Origin: Acidimicrobiia bacterium
GTDB taxonomy: Bacteria; Actinomycetota; Acidimicrobiia; Spongiisociales; JAHEDJ01
Length of the DNA: 50,552 nucleotides
Reading direction: 5' to 3'
NCBI GenBank assembly: GCA_029210695.1
Contig: JARGFH010000025.1
Location: 1 to 50,552 of the forward strand
The notes under the pieces are model-generated. The model searched no databases and had not been told where the DNA came from. It saw only the letters and a list, made by a program, of their open reading frames with translations. A program made the translations under genes and the position numbers. This document shows, in pieces, positions 30,410 to 40,570 of this stretch (positions are counted from its first letter, which is position 1; each line of letters starts with the position of its first letter).

Positions 30410-31194
30410 GGCCTCTCCTCCCGACGGCCGGCGGTGCGGAATGGTTCCGACCACGCGTTGAACGTATGGAACACCCGGTCGACGTCTTCTGCCGGCATGC
30501 CCACCTCGGTCAATGCACCGATGAGCGATTCGACATTGGGGGACTCCATGGGGCCGAAGCAGCCGTAGCAGCCCCGGTTGAATGCGGGGCACAACCCCCC
30601 GCAGCCCGCATGGGTCACCGGGCCCAGACACGGAGTGCCGTGGGCAACCAGCACGCAGGGGTTGCCGCGCTGCTTGCACTCAACGCACACGCAGTGGTCC
30701 CGAACGTTGGGTTTGCGACCGGCCAGGAACGCCCCGATTACCTCGAGCAGTTGCCGTTTGTCGATCGGGCAGCCGCGCAACTCGAAGTCGACCGGCACGT
30801 GGTCCGAGATGGGCGTCGAAGTACCCAGTGTTGAGAGGAACGAGGGGGTGGCATAGACCACCGAGAGGAATTCGTCGACGTCTGTGAAGTTGCGGAGCGC
30901 CTGAATCCCACCCGCGGTGGCGCAAGCTCCGATGGTTACCAGCGACTTCGACTCCGCGCGGACCTTGCGGATTCGATCCGCGTCGTGTGCGGTCGTGATC
31001 GAGCCTTCCACGAGCGACAGGTCGAAGGGTCCCGCCACGCGGGCGCTCGACGCCTCGAGGAAGTGGGCGATCTCGACACGGCCGGCGACTTCGAGCAGTT
31101 CGTCCTCGCAGTCCAGCAGGGTGAGCTGGCACCCGTCGCAGCTGGCGAACTTCCATACCGCCAGCTTCGGACGTGAACCCGATCGGTTGTTCAT
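30406..31194 (-). CDS. hyhS: Group 3b hydrogenase small (delta) subunit
   Basis: [17 protein letters not shown]-terminal Fe-S Cys cluster. Confidence 0.92.
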   Translation of the reverse strand: MNNRSGSRPKLAVWKFASCDGCQLTLLDCEDELLEVAGRVEIAHFLEASSARVAGPFDLSLVEGSITTAHDADRIRKVRAESKSLVTIGACATAGGIQALRNFTDVDEFLSVVYATPSFLSTLGTSTPISDHVPVDFELRGCPIDKRQLLEVIGAFLAGRKPNVRDHCVCVECKQRGNPCVLVAHGTPCLGPVTHAGCGGLCPAFNRGCYGCFGPMESPNVESLIGALTEVGMPAEDVDRVFHTFNAWSEPFRTAGRREERP

Positions 31195-32042
31195 CGTTCC
31201 CTCACCAGCATCAGCTTCTCCATTCGGTCCCACGGGAACACCGGACCGTCCTTGCAGACGAACTCCGGCCCGAGCTGGCAGTGGCCGCAGTGGCCGATCG
31301 CACAACGCATGTTCCGTTCCATCGACAGCAGGATCTGACCGGGCGGCACACCGCGGTCGGCCAGGCCCGCCGCGACGAAACGCATCATCACCTCGGGGCC
31401 GCACACGACGGCGGTGGTATTGCCGAAGTCCACGGGAGCGCGGGAGAGCAACTTGGTGACCACGCCTACATCGCCCCGCCAGGACGGTGGGGCGGCGTCG
31501 ACGGTGACGGCGACATCGATATCGAACCGCCCCCGCCACTGCTCGAGTTCCCTGACAAACATCAGCGATCCCGGGTCTCGTGCACCTACCAGCAGTACCA
31601 GCCGCCCGAACCGGTGGCGGTTGGTCAGCGCCTCCAGCATGGCGGGTCGCAATGGAGCGAGGCCCAGGCCACCGGCCACAATCAGCAGGTCGTGGCCCGT
31701 TGCCCGGTCCAGGTCCCACCCGACCCCAAACGGACCGCGCACCCCGATCACGTCGCCGACCGCGGTCGTGCACAGCGCTTTGGTGACGGCTCCCACCGAC
31801 CGGATCGTGTGTTCTAGCTCACCGCTGCCGTTGCCGAGGCCGCTGATCGAAATCGGTACTTCCCCGACGCCGAAGGCCAGGAGCATCTCGAACTGTCCCG
31901 GCTTCGGATCTGCGAGCTGCCCTGCAATGGGGGCGATGCGGATCGTGACCGTGTCGGCCAACTCCTGATGGCGCGCCTCGACGCGGTACAGAACCGGGGT
32001 CATTGGGCCCCGGCCGGCGGGCTCGTTGGAGTCAGCCGGCAT
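31191..32042 (-). CDS. hyhG: Group 3b hydrogenase gamma subunit (FAD/NAD(P), 2Fe-2S)
   Basis: [25 protein letters not shown]. Confidence 0.9.
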   Translation of the reverse strand: MPADSNEPAGRGPMTPVLYRVEARHQELADTVTIRIAPIAGQLADPKPGQFEMLLAFGVGEVPISISGLGNGSGELEHTIRSVGAVTKALCTTAVGDVIGVRGPFGVGWDLDRATGHDLLIVAGGLGLAPLRPAMLEALTNRHRFGRLVLLVGARDPGSLMFVRELEQWRGRFDIDVAVTVDAAPPSWRGDVGVVTKLLSRAPVDFGNTTAVVCGPEVMMRFVAAGLADRGVPPGQILLSMERNMRCAIGHCGHCQLGPEFVCKDGPVFPWDRMEKLMLVRER

Positions 32043-32496
32043 GGTTCCCGTAGAGGTCGAGCAGTTGGAGCCGGGTCGCCTGGAGGCGATCTCGCATCAG
32101 CCGGGCGAAGCTCTTGAACACCTGGTAGCCGAGGAGCGGCTCTTGATCGCATTTGTTCCGCAGGCACTCGGCGTCCATGGCGATCGCCGAGGTGGGATCG
32201 ATCGCCGTGGAGCTGAACTCCCAGCGGTACGGAGGGAATGGCCAGGATACGCCGATCACCTCGTCTGGTCCGAGCGTTTCGATCAGAACAGTGCCCCGAT
32301 TGGGTACCGTGACGCCCACCGATGCTTTCCCGCTGCGTATCAGGTAGAACTCGTTGGCGGGTGCGCCCTCGGTCAGTATCTGTTCGCCTGCCGCGAAGTG
32401 CACGTTGTGCCCGCAGCCTGCCATCAGCTCGAGCAGATCGGGGTGGAAGTCTCGAAAGAGCAGATGCTCGCCGAGCAGGTCGCGGATCGATTTCAT
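32032..32496 (-). CDS. Stand-alone cyclic-nucleotide-binding domain protein
   Basis: FAAGEQILTEG..FYLIRSG..TLGPDEVIG; no HTH. Confidence 0.85.
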   Translation of the reverse strand: MKSIRDLLGEHLLFRDFHPDLLELMAGCGHNVHFAAGEQILTEGAPANEFYLIRSGKASVGVTVPNRGTVLIETLGPDEVIGVSWPFPPYRWEFSSTAIDPTSAIAMDAECLRNKCDQEPLLGYQVFKSFARLMRDRLQATRLQLLDLYGNHAG

Positions 32497-33599
32497 GACG
32501 GGCCTCCGGGGTCGAGAGCAAGGGCGGCCATCTCGGCGGTGAGGTCGATGCCGACCGGGCACCAGGTGATGCAGCGGCCGCAGCCGACACAGCCGGATGT
32601 GCCGAACTGGTCGTGCCAGGTGACCAGCTTGTGCAGCAGCCACTGGCGATAGCGGGACTTGGTGGACGTGCGCACGGGAGCGCCGGCCAGGAACGAGAAG
32701 TCGAGTGCAAAACAGGAGTCCCAACTTCGCCACCGTTCGGAGACGGCACCGCTCAGGTCGGTCGTGTCCTCGGTGGTGCTGCAGAAGCAGGTAGGGCAGA
32801 CCATCGTGCAGTTGGCGCACGCCAGGCAGCGGCGGGCTACCGCCTCCCATTGGGGATGTTCGAACCGTTCGGCGGCCGCCGTGGGGTGGGTGGGGTCGAG
32901 GTGGCGGCCCATGTTGTGGGTGGCGTTGCTCACCAGTTGGCCGGCGGCTGCCAGGTCGGCTTGGTTTGGTGCCCTGCCATTCACCGATCCGAGCAGGTCT
33001 TTGCCCTCGTCGGTAGCGGCTTCAGCCAGGAACTCATGGCGGTCTCCGGTGCACAGCTCGGTGAGGGCGATGTCGTAGCCGACGGTGGGAGCAGGACCGG
33101 TTCCCATCGATACGCAGAAGCAGGTTCCGCCGGGCCGGGCGCAGGTGGCCGCAACCACAAACAGCTGCTCGCGCCGCGCTGCATAGGTCGGGTCGACCGG
33201 ATCGAGTAGGACTCGATCGAGGATGTCGAGCGCGTGGACGTCGCACGATCGAATGCCGAAGAAGGCCAGAGGTTGAGCGTCGGGGGCAGGCTCCTCGATG
33301 GTCACCGACCCGTTGTTCCGACTTGCCCGCATCAACATGGTGCGCGGCGGGTACAACCAGCTTTTCCACGCCAACGCCGGCGTGGCGTGACCGAACAGCT
33401 CGGGCCGGTGGAGCCGTTCGAGCCGGTAGCTCCCGCCATCCTGGTGCTCTGTCCAACCTGCGGGCAGATCGTCGATGCCATCGATTGTGTCGAGGCTGAT
33501 CGTGGCGTTGCGAAGAACCGGCGCGATCACCTTCCGACCATCGTCTCGCAGATGGTCAATGAGCGCCGCCACCGCGTCGAGGGACAGCATCATCGCCAT
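32493..33599 (-). CDS. hyhB: Group 3b hydrogenase beta subunit (4Fe-4S, AsrA-like)
   Basis: CLACANCTMVCPTCFC; CVGCGRCITWCP. Confidence 0.9.
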   Translation of the reverse strand: MAMMLSLDAVAALIDHLRDDGRKVIAPVLRNATISLDTIDGIDDLPAGWTEHQDGGSYRLERLHRPELFGHATPALAWKSWLYPPRTMLMRASRNNGSVTIEEPAPDAQPLAFFGIRSCDVHALDILDRVLLDPVDPTYAARREQLFVVAATCARPGGTCFCVSMGTGPAPTVGYDIALTELCTGDRHEFLAEAATDEGKDLLGSVNGRAPNQADLAAAGQLVSNATHNMGRHLDPTHPTAAAERFEHPQWEAVARRCLACANCTMVCPTCFCSTTEDTTDLSGAVSERWRSWDSCFALDFSFLAGAPVRTSTKSRYRQWLLHKLVTWHDQFGTSGCVGCGRCITWCPVGIDLTAEMAALALDPGGPS

Positions 33600-33632
33600 G
33601 AATTCGACGGTACGCCCGACACGTGCTCTGCG

Positions 33633-33652
33633 CCAGGGACGGAGGTCCTAAT
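33633..33652. promoter_or_regulatory. DosR/DevR-like box upstream of the hydrogenase operon
   Basis: GGGAC-GGAG-GTCCT; minus-strand -10 TACCGT at 33612-33607. Confidence 0.6.
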
Positions 33653-33734
33653 CGTCACGGCGACCGGAGTTTGTCTCCAGCTGCTTCTTCACCGGGATCG
33701 CGCGGCCTCCCTGGATGGAGCACGGGCGCGAGGG

Positions 33735-34097
33735 CTAGGTCCACGTCCATGCGTTCCAGATGATCGCTCCGTTGAAGATGAAGCTGAAGATGAGTAGGAA
33801 GTTGTCGTAGGCCCCCGGGTACGGCATGCCGATGAGATTGAAGATGACCAGAAAGGCGGCTGCGACGACGTTGACCCAGCGGATGGTGGGATACGGCACG
33901 GTTAGGGCAAGGACCACCATGACAATCGGGATCAGCATCAGCACGGCGGCCGCGATCCACATTGCCTGGTTTGCTTCCTGGCCGTCGATTTCACCGGCGG
34001 TGAAGTCACCGGCGAAGATCCGCAGCACGTCCCCCAGTAAGTAGGTCAGCATCATTGCTACCCAGAGCCCTGAGAGGATGATCCTCACGTCTTCCAT
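33735..34097 (-). CDS. DUF6326-like membrane protein
   Basis: LSGLWVAMMLTYLLGD..RWVNVV. Confidence 0.7.
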   Translation of the reverse strand: MEDVRIILSGLWVAMMLTYLLGDVLRIFAGDFTAGEIDGQEANQAMWIAAAVLMLIPIVMVVLALTVPYPTIRWVNVVAAAFLVIFNLIGMPYPGAYDNFLLIFSFIFNGAIIWNAWTWT

Positions 34098-34240
34098 GAT
34101 TCCTCTTTCTTCACGATGGCCCGGCTGCGCCACTACCGGGTTCCTTCTTCTGCAGCTCTCGTGTCCTACTCCTTGTACAACCCCAGCCGACCCGATTTCT
34201 AGAGGACTAGGTCCCTCAACCGGACTGAGGGGGTTACCGG

Positions 34241-34334
34241 GACGGGCCATTCGGCCCTAGTGATCAACGTGCGTCCGGCTCGAGTTCAGTCCCTCTGTCG
34301 ATGTCGGGACCCTCAACAGGCCCTTTGGCCCTTG
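34241..34334. promoter_or_regulatory. Further DosR-like boxes in a divergent intergenic region
   Basis: GGGCC-ATTC-GGCCC (34244-34257) and AGGCC-CTTT-GGCCC (34318-34331). Confidence 0.4.
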
Positions 34335-34416
34335 CCCCGAAGCGATCCCTTTCGTCCAATGAACGGAGGTGGGATCGATGACACAAGCTGACTCTGCCCT
34401 GAATGAGGAGAACACC

Positions 34417-35382
34417 ATGAAGGCAATGGTTCACGATGAGTACGGTCCGCCTTCTGTACTGGGCCTCAAGGAGATCGACACGCCGCGCCCCAAAGACGAC
34501 GAAGTGCTGATTCGGGTCCGCGCCGCCGGTGTCAACTGGGCCGACTGGTCCATGGTGCGAGGCATGCCGTACATCATGCGGCTGGGGTACGGGTTGCGAA
34601 AACCTAGGAAAGGGCTCCGGGGCACCGATGTTGCCGGTGAGGTGGAGGCGATCGGCGCCGACGTTACAAACGTCAAGCCGGGGGATCAGGTTTTCGGTTG
34701 GTGCACGGGCGCCTTCGCCGAGTACGTGTGCACAGGTGAGGGCAGTGTTGTCTTGATGCCGCCCAGCCTCACGTTCGAGCAGGCGGCGGCCGTTCCGATG
34801 GCCGGGATGGTTGCCCTGCAAGCCCTCCGCAACGTCGGAAAGGTGCAGCGAGGACAGAAGGTCCTGGTTGTCGGGGCATCCGGCGGTATCGGGTCGTTCG
34901 CCGTGCAGATCGCCAGGTCAATAGGGGCGGAAGTCACCGGCGTGTGCAGCACGAACAACATGGAACTGGTCCGTTCGATCGGCGCAGAGCATGTCATCGA
35001 TTACACCCGGGACGACTTCACGCAGGGAGACCAGCGTTACGACCTCATCCTCGACATCGCCGACAAGCAATCGCTGTCTGTTCGTCGGCGTGTGCTGGTG
35101 CCCAAGGGGACTCTCATCCCCAACAGCGGCCACGGTGGCCCGTGGTTCGGGAGTGTTGGCCGGATCTTCAGGGCCTGGATGGTGTCGCCCTTCGTGGGTC
35201 ACCGCCTGCACCCGTTTCTGTCACTCCCGAAGCAGGAGGACCTCGTTGCTCTGGTCGAGCTGATCGAGTCCGGGGACGTAACGCCGATCGTCGACAGGAC
35301 GTACCCCCTCATCGAAGCCGGTGAAGCCGTCGCCTATGTCGGAGCGGGCCACGCACGAGGGAAAACCGTCATCAACGTGTGA
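34417..35382 (+). CDS. NAD(P)-dependent MDR-family oxidoreductase (zinc-independent type)
   Basis: GVNWAD, GTDVAG, GASGGIG, GKTVI. Confidence 0.9.
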   Translation: MKAMVHDEYGPPSVLGLKEIDTPRPKDDEVLIRVRAAGVNWADWSMVRGMPYIMRLGYGLRKPRKGLRGTDVAGEVEAIGADVTNVKPGDQVFGWCTGAFAEYVCTGEGSVVLMPPSLTFEQAAAVPMAGMVALQALRNVGKVQRGQKVLVVGASGGIGSFAVQIARSIGAEVTGVCSTNNMELVRSIGAEHVIDYTRDDFTQGDQRYDLILDIADKQSLSVRRRVLVPKGTLIPNSGHGGPWFGSVGRIFRAWMVSPFVGHRLHPFLSLPKQEDLVALVELIESGDVTPIVDRTYPLIEAGEAVAYVGAGHARGKTVINV

Positions 35383-35419
35383 GGTTTCGACCGCCGTTGA
35401 TCGGTCGGGCCGTCTTGTG

Positions 35420-37285
35420 TTACCAGGCGCCGCCCCCACCACCGCCACCGCCGCCACCGCCGCCGCCACTGAACCCGCCGCCTGATGAGCTCGGGGGAGC
35501 GAAAGCGCCGCTCAGTGCCGATTGCAGTCCGGCCAGGGCGTTGGTGGAGTGGCCGCCGGAAAACCCCTGCGAGCCGTACCAGTAGATGTGACTGGTCTGG
35601 GCTAGTTCCTCCGGTGCGTGGATCCGGGCCGCCTCCAGCACATCGTCCGCTACCCCCAGGGTGATTGCGTATACGAGGTACTCGTCCCAGAGACCTAGCG
35701 CGATCGGCGGTGCTTCGTGCAGGCGGCTGAAGTCCTGCAAATACCTCTTGAACGCCTGCCAGCGCACCGCCAGCAGTGCACCCTCGTTGGTGCGTTTCAC
35801 CCAACCCGTCTGTTTGACCCCGAAAACCAGCAAGACGGCGGCGTTGATGAAGAAGGCAATGACGAGGCCGGGCACGAGCACCGGCGTCCACCTTGTGCCG
35901 GCCACGGCAAGCGTGATCATAAATACGACCGCGAACACGGCGATGAGGATTCCGATGGTCAAGGCAAGCGGTTTGCCGCCTCTGCGGTCGAGCAGCCCGA
36001 GTCGAACCTGCTCTTCTCGAACTTCGCTCTCGAAGGTCTTGTAGGTGGCGGCGTTGGCTGCGGCATCCTCGCGAATCTCGTGGCGGAACTCGGTGAGCGC
36101 CAGAGGGCCGTCCGACAACACTCGCTCGAGGATCTCCATGACCGGCTTCTCCGTGGCCCCATCGGCGAGTTCGGTCCTGGCGAGTCCTATCTCGAGATCG
36201 GAGATGTCCTCACGACCCAGTCCCAGCCAGGTCTTCTTTTCGACGTTGACCGGCTGGGCGCGCAGGGCGCCGCGGCGGATCAGGTCAAACATCGTGGCGA
36301 CGAAGTCCTCGGTGGCTGCCGAGCCTTGCCGGAGCAGTCCTCCGATCACAGCGGGCGGATGGTCGGAGGGCGGCTCCTGTTCATACTCCCGGTCGTAGGC
36401 AACCGCCGGTTCGCGCCCATGCCGGCGATAGATGACGAATACCGCAATAGTGGCCGGTAGGAAAGCCATCAATGCGATGATTACGGCCAGGACGACGAGA
36501 AGGCTCCGGGCGGTGGCCGCCTGGCTGTCCTGTGTCTGCTCATAGTTGAGTATTTCATCGAGGCCGTTGCCGGCAATGACGGTCGCTCCATCGGTCGATC
36601 GCAGGTCGGAGCGAGGGAATACGACCCGGAGCTCCACCCACTGGCCGGCGGGGATTCCGTCAGCCGTCAGGCTCGGTGAGGTTCCACTCGCCCCGAGCGA
36701 GGTTGCCCCGTTGACGGAGCGAGGGTGGCCCCACAACAGCACGTCGCCCGACGACTGGTCGCCAGGCAAGTACATCGCCGCAAAGAGGTTGTCGAGCGGC
36801 TGCTCCCACTGGTCGCCCCATACCTTCAGGTTGACGTCGACCACATCGTCGTATGCAACTGCCAGTCCGAGGATTCGATAGCTGATCGTGAAAGTGCGGG
36901 CTTCGATGTAGGCGTCGTAGTGCCACACAACCCGCACCGACCCGGCCCGCCGCTCGACCCCGAACGTTCCCGGATCGCCGTACGAGCCGAGTTCCGTCGA
37001 GGCGCCCGGCTGGTAGGCCACACCAGCCTCGGCGACCCGGACGTCGACCACCTCTTCCCCGGCTCGGAGCGGTATGTCGCGCCAGGCTCCCGAGAACGAG
37101 TCATCGAACACGAACGTGATGTGTTCGGCCACCGAAACCGAACCATCCGGTTCGACGACGACTTCGACGTCGGCATTGGTGAGGTCGAAGGACTTGGCGT
37201 CTGCAGGTGCGGCCGCGAGAAACGACAACAGCGTCGCCAGGACGGCGACGAAGCCGATCGACCGATGGCGCCCGACTCGCTTCAG
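35420..37285 (-). CDS. DUF2207 membrane protein (probable CTG start)
   Basis: Signal peptide, beta-rich N-domain, TMs, Gly-rich GGGGAW end; follows lemA. Confidence 0.85.
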   Translation of the reverse strand: MKRVGRHRSIGFVAVLATLLSFLAAAPADAKSFDLTNADVEVVVEPDGSVSVAEHITFVFDDSFSGAWRDIPLRAGEEVVDVRVAEAGVAYQPGASTELGSYGDPGTFGVERRAGSVRVVWHYDAYIEARTFTISYRILGLAVAYDDVVDVNLKVWGDQWEQPLDNLFAAMYLPGDQSSGDVLLWGHPRSVNGATSLGASGTSPSLTADGIPAGQWVELRVVFPRSDLRSTDGATVIAGNGLDEILNYEQTQDSQAATARSLLVVLAVIIALMAFLPATIAVFVIYRRHGREPAVAYDREYEQEPPSDHPPAVIGGLLRQGSAATEDFVATMFDLIRRGALRAQPVNVEKKTWLGLGREDISDLEIGLARTELADGATEKPVMEILERVLSDGPLALTEFRHEIREDAAANAATYKTFESEVREEQVRLGLLDRRGGKPLALTIGILIAVFAVVFMITLAVAGTRWTPVLVPGLVIAFFINAAVLLVFGVKQTGWVKRTNEGALLAVRWQAFKRYLQDFSRLHEAPPIALGLWDEYLVYAITLGVADDVLEAARIHAPEELAQTSHIYWYGSQGFSGGHSTNALAGLQSALSGAFAPPSSSGGGFSGGGGGGGGGGGGGAW

Positions 37286-37827
37286 AAACGCACCTCCGGC
37301 GCCTGATCCGCCTCCGGAGGGGCGTCGAAAAACGGTTTCACGGCGAAGCCGGTCATCGCCGCCACCAGGTTGGACGGCACCGTCTGAACCCGGTTGTTGA
37401 ACGTGAGGACGGCATCGTTGTAGATCTGGCGGGACACGGCCACCTTGTTCTCGGTCTCGGCCAGCTGCGCTTGGAGCTCCGAGAAGTTCTGGCTGGCTTT
37501 CAGGTCTGGATAGGACTCGGCCAGGGCAAACAGTTGCCGGAGCGCACCGGTGAGGAAGTTGTCAGCCTTTGCCTGCTCCTCGACCGTCCCGGCTGCCAGC
37601 GCCTGGTTCCTCGCTTCCACAACCTGCTCGAACGTGGATTGCTCATGGGCGGCATAGCCCTTGACGGTTTCCACGAGATTCGGGATCAGGTCGTACCGCC
37701 GCTTCAGTTGGACGTCGACCTGCGCCCATGCATTGTCCGTCCGGTTGCGGAGCCGGACCAGCCCGTTGTAGATAACGACAACTGCCGCTATCAGGAGGAT
37801 GATCACGCCACCAATCGCATACCCCAC
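37282..37827 (-). CDS. lemA: LemA family protein
   Basis: YNGLV..QLKRRYDLIPNLVE..ESYPDLKA. Confidence 0.95.
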   Translation of the reverse strand: MGYAIGGVIILLIAAVVVIYNGLVRLRNRTDNAWAQVDVQLKRRYDLIPNLVETVKGYAAHEQSTFEQVVEARNQALAAGTVEEQAKADNFLTGALRQLFALAESYPDLKASQNFSELQAQLAETENKVAVSRQIYNDAVLTFNNRVQTVPSNLVAAMTGFAVKPFFDAPPEADQAPEVRF

Positions 37828-38049
37828 GCGTTTCCCTTCTCGTCGGCTGTCGAGGATTCTAGGGATTCAACACGGAGGCCCGGACCAAGGGTGGTACGGG
37901 AGTTCTTCCACCCGCCGCTCAACTCCTACAGCACGAGGATCCCGCTCGCCCGAGGTTCGAACGCTGCCGCAACCGGAGTGAGAGAATGTGACGGACACCG
38001 CAGACAGGCCAATGCCGATTCGTACTCCGGCGGGGGAAGGTTGAGCTGA

Positions 38050-39099
38050 GTGAACAACGCTACGAATACCCGTCATGCCTGGGATCCGCTCCGGGTGGCG
38101 GTGCTCGCCCCGATTTCGTGGCGGGTTCCACCCCGGCACTACGGACCCTGGGAGCAGTTCGTCTCGCTGCTCACCGAGGGGCTGGTGGCTCGCGGAGTCG
38201 ACGTCACCCTGTTCGCCACGGCCGATTCCGTTACGTCGGCCCGATTGGTGGGCATAGCCCCTACCGGGTACTCGGAAGACCCGACTCTCGACGCCAAGGT
38301 GTGGGAGGCGCTTCACATTGCTGCCGTGTTCGAGCGCGCCGGAGAGTTCGACTTGATTCACAACAGCTTCGACTTCTTGCCGCTCACCTTCACGAGACTG
38401 GTCGAGACGCCGATCGTCACCACGATTCACGGATTCGCCTCAGACGCCACGCTGCCTGTCTACCTGGAATACGCCGACCGGGTGCGGTACGTTGCGATCA
38501 GCGACGCCGACCGACACCCGGCTCTTCCCTACGCGGCAACGATTCATCACGGCATCGACATCGAGTCTTTCGATGTCGGTCCCGGCGGGGACTCGTTGGT
38601 ATTCTTTGGGAGGATTCATCCCGACAAGGGAACGGCCACTGCGATTGAAGTGGCCGGCCGGGCGGGAATTCCGCTCGTGATCGCAGGTATCGTCCAGGAC
38701 CGCGAGTACTTCGAGCGCGCCGTTGAGCCGCACATCGACGGCGATCGCGTGAGCTATCTGGGGCCGGTCGGCCCGGAGGTCCGCCAGGAGGTCCTGGGCG
38801 GTGCCCGGGCGCTTCTTCACTTGATCGACTTCGACGAGCCATTCGGGTTCAGTGTGGTTGAGGCGATGGCCTGCGGGACCCCGGTGATCGCGCATCAGCG
38901 CGGGTCGATGGGAGAGATCATTCAGCCGGGTGTGAACGGGTTCCTGGTCTCGACCGGAGAGGAAGCGGTGGCTGCTGCTCGCGATGCCGGCCTTCTCGAC
39001 CGCCCGGGCGTCCGCAACTCGATCGTGGGGAGATTCGACGCGGCCAGGATGGTCGACGACTACCTGCGGCTATACCGACGGATTCTCGAGGACGGCTGA
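38050..39099 (+). CDS. GT4 glycosyltransferase
   Basis: PPRHYGPWE, GRIHPDKG, EPFGFSVVEAMACG. Confidence 0.92.
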   Translation: MNNATNTRHAWDPLRVAVLAPISWRVPPRHYGPWEQFVSLLTEGLVARGVDVTLFATADSVTSARLVGIAPTGYSEDPTLDAKVWEALHIAAVFERAGEFDLIHNSFDFLPLTFTRLVETPIVTTIHGFASDATLPVYLEYADRVRYVAISDADRHPALPYAATIHHGIDIESFDVGPGGDSLVFFGRIHPDKGTATAIEVAGRAGIPLVIAGIVQDREYFERAVEPHIDGDRVSYLGPVGPEVRQEVLGGARALLHLIDFDEPFGFSVVEAMACGTPVIAHQRGSMGEIIQPGVNGFLVSTGEEAVAAARDAGLLDRPGVRNSIVGRFDAARMVDDYLRLYRRILEDG

Positions 39100-39109
39100 G
39101 AGGTTCGGT

Positions 39110-40570
39110 TCAGGTCAACGCGGCTAGGAGCGCATCAACCGGCGCCGTGGCAAAGGTGGTGGACGTATCGGAAGCGCCGTATGCGATCACAAGGCGATCG
39201 CCGTGGATCAGCGATCCGCACGAATAGACGACGTTGGGTACGTAGCCATCTCGTTCGCTTTCGTCGGGTACCAACAGGGGTTCGCGGAGGTGACCGATGA
39301 CCAGGCGGGGGTCGTCGATGTCGAGCAGGATGGCACCGAGGGAATACTGCCGCATTGGACCGACCGCATGGGTGATCACCAACCACCCCGCTTCAGTCTC
39401 GATCGGAGCGCCGCCGTTACCGATCTGCATCAGCTCCCATGGACGGGCCGGAAGCTGAATCCGCTCGGCATCGTGCCAGAACCGTACGTTCTCCGACAGC
39501 ATGAGGTAGTTGCTCTCCCCGTCGCACCTGGCCAGGGCCGCGTACGCTCCGGCGACTCGCCGGGGGAAGATGGCTATGCCTTTGTTCCGGGCGGCCGGTC
39601 CGTTGAGAGTGGCGATTCGAAAGGTCTCGAAGTCGACCGTCTCGATGAGCTGGGGGAGAATGCTGAAGCCGTCGAAAGCCGTGTAGGTGGCGTAGTAGAG
39701 AACCGATCCGTCGGCCTCGACGAACCGGACCCATCTGGCGTCTTCCATGCCCTGGCTCTCGGTTGGCCCGCTCGGGTACAGCACCCTCTGTGAGACCTCC
39801 GAGTGTGGAGGGAACGTGAGCTCATAGTTGGACGAAGCCAGCCAGTGCATCACCTGGAGGACATGTTGGACTTCGTGCGAGGCTTCTGTTCTACCGAGTT
39901 CGGCGAGCGACGCGTCGAGGTGTGCCATCGTGAACTTGTCGCCGAGGCGACCCAGCGTTTGGGCGACGAGGCCATCGCCGGCACCCAACTCCTCGAGCTT
40001 GGCACCAAACAGCTCCTTGTCGAACTCCGGGGATCGGCGATTGCCGATTACCGGCACGCCGGCCGTTGCGAACTCGATCTCTCCCTCCGGTCCCAGCACT
40101 CCGGTCCGAAACTCGATCGACGAGACATGACCTTCGCCAATCGCTCGAAAGCTGACGATTACCCGAAGCGAGCCGTCTGCCACACCGGTTTGGTCGGGAG
40201 CTTCGACGATCGAAGGGTTGGTGAGTGCGGCGGATTCCAGGGAGTACTCGTGTGCGAAGTAGGCCCCGATGAGCCGTTGCAGGTCGCCGGAGAGCCCGGC
40301 CGCATCGGGAACCGCGTGCGCCACGGCAGAGAAACCTCTTATGAATACTTCATCGAGGTCCAGGTGCCGTTGGCCGAATGTCTTCCGGAGCTGTTCGAGT
40401 GTGTCTTCCGACTCATTGGAGGGCAGTGCCAGAATCCGCTGAATCATCTGCTCGATTCGGGTCCTCCCCTCGGCCGAGACCGGATCGGCGGGAAGGTAGG
40501 GCTTGGTGATGAGCCGTCGTGGGTCCGGGAGCAACTCTACGTGCGACCGTGTGATGGGGACGGAGGGCAT
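39110..40570 (-). CDS. GH130-family mannoside phosphorylase/glycosidase
   Basis: GMEDAR, YTAFDG, NKG, DGYVPNVVYSCG, YGASD. Confidence 0.88.
   Translation of the reverse strand: MPSVPITRSHVELLPDPRRLITKPYLPADPVSAEGRTRIEQMIQRILALPSNESEDTLEQLRKTFGQRHLDLDEVFIRGFSAVAHAVPDAAGLSGDLQRLIGAYFAHEYSLESAALTNPSIVEAPDQTGVADGSLRVIVSFRAIGEGHVSSIEFRTGVLGPEGEIEFATAGVPVIGNRRSPEFDKELFGAKLEELGAGDGLVAQTLGRLGDKFTMAHLDASLAELGRTEASHEVQHVLQVMHWLASSNYELTFPPHSEVSQRVLYPSGPTESQGMEDARWVRFVEADGSVLYYATYTAFDGFSILPQLIETVDFETFRIATLNGPAARNKGIAIFPRRVAGAYAALARCDGESNYLMLSENVRFWHDAERIQLPARPWELMQIGNGGAPIETEAGWLVITHAVGPMRQYSLGAILLDIDDPRLVIGHLREPLLVPDESERDGYVPNVVYSCGSLIHGDRLVIAYGASDTSTTFATAPVDALLAALT

Noticed and set aside
35425..35480. 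(CCG/CCA)n simple repeat
   Set aside because: It encodes the normal Gly-rich tail of DUF2207.
37916..38046. Possible structured ncRNA between lemA and GT4
   Set aside because: The pairings are short and asymmetric and expected by chance at this GC content; the GGTTCGAAC has no T-stem.
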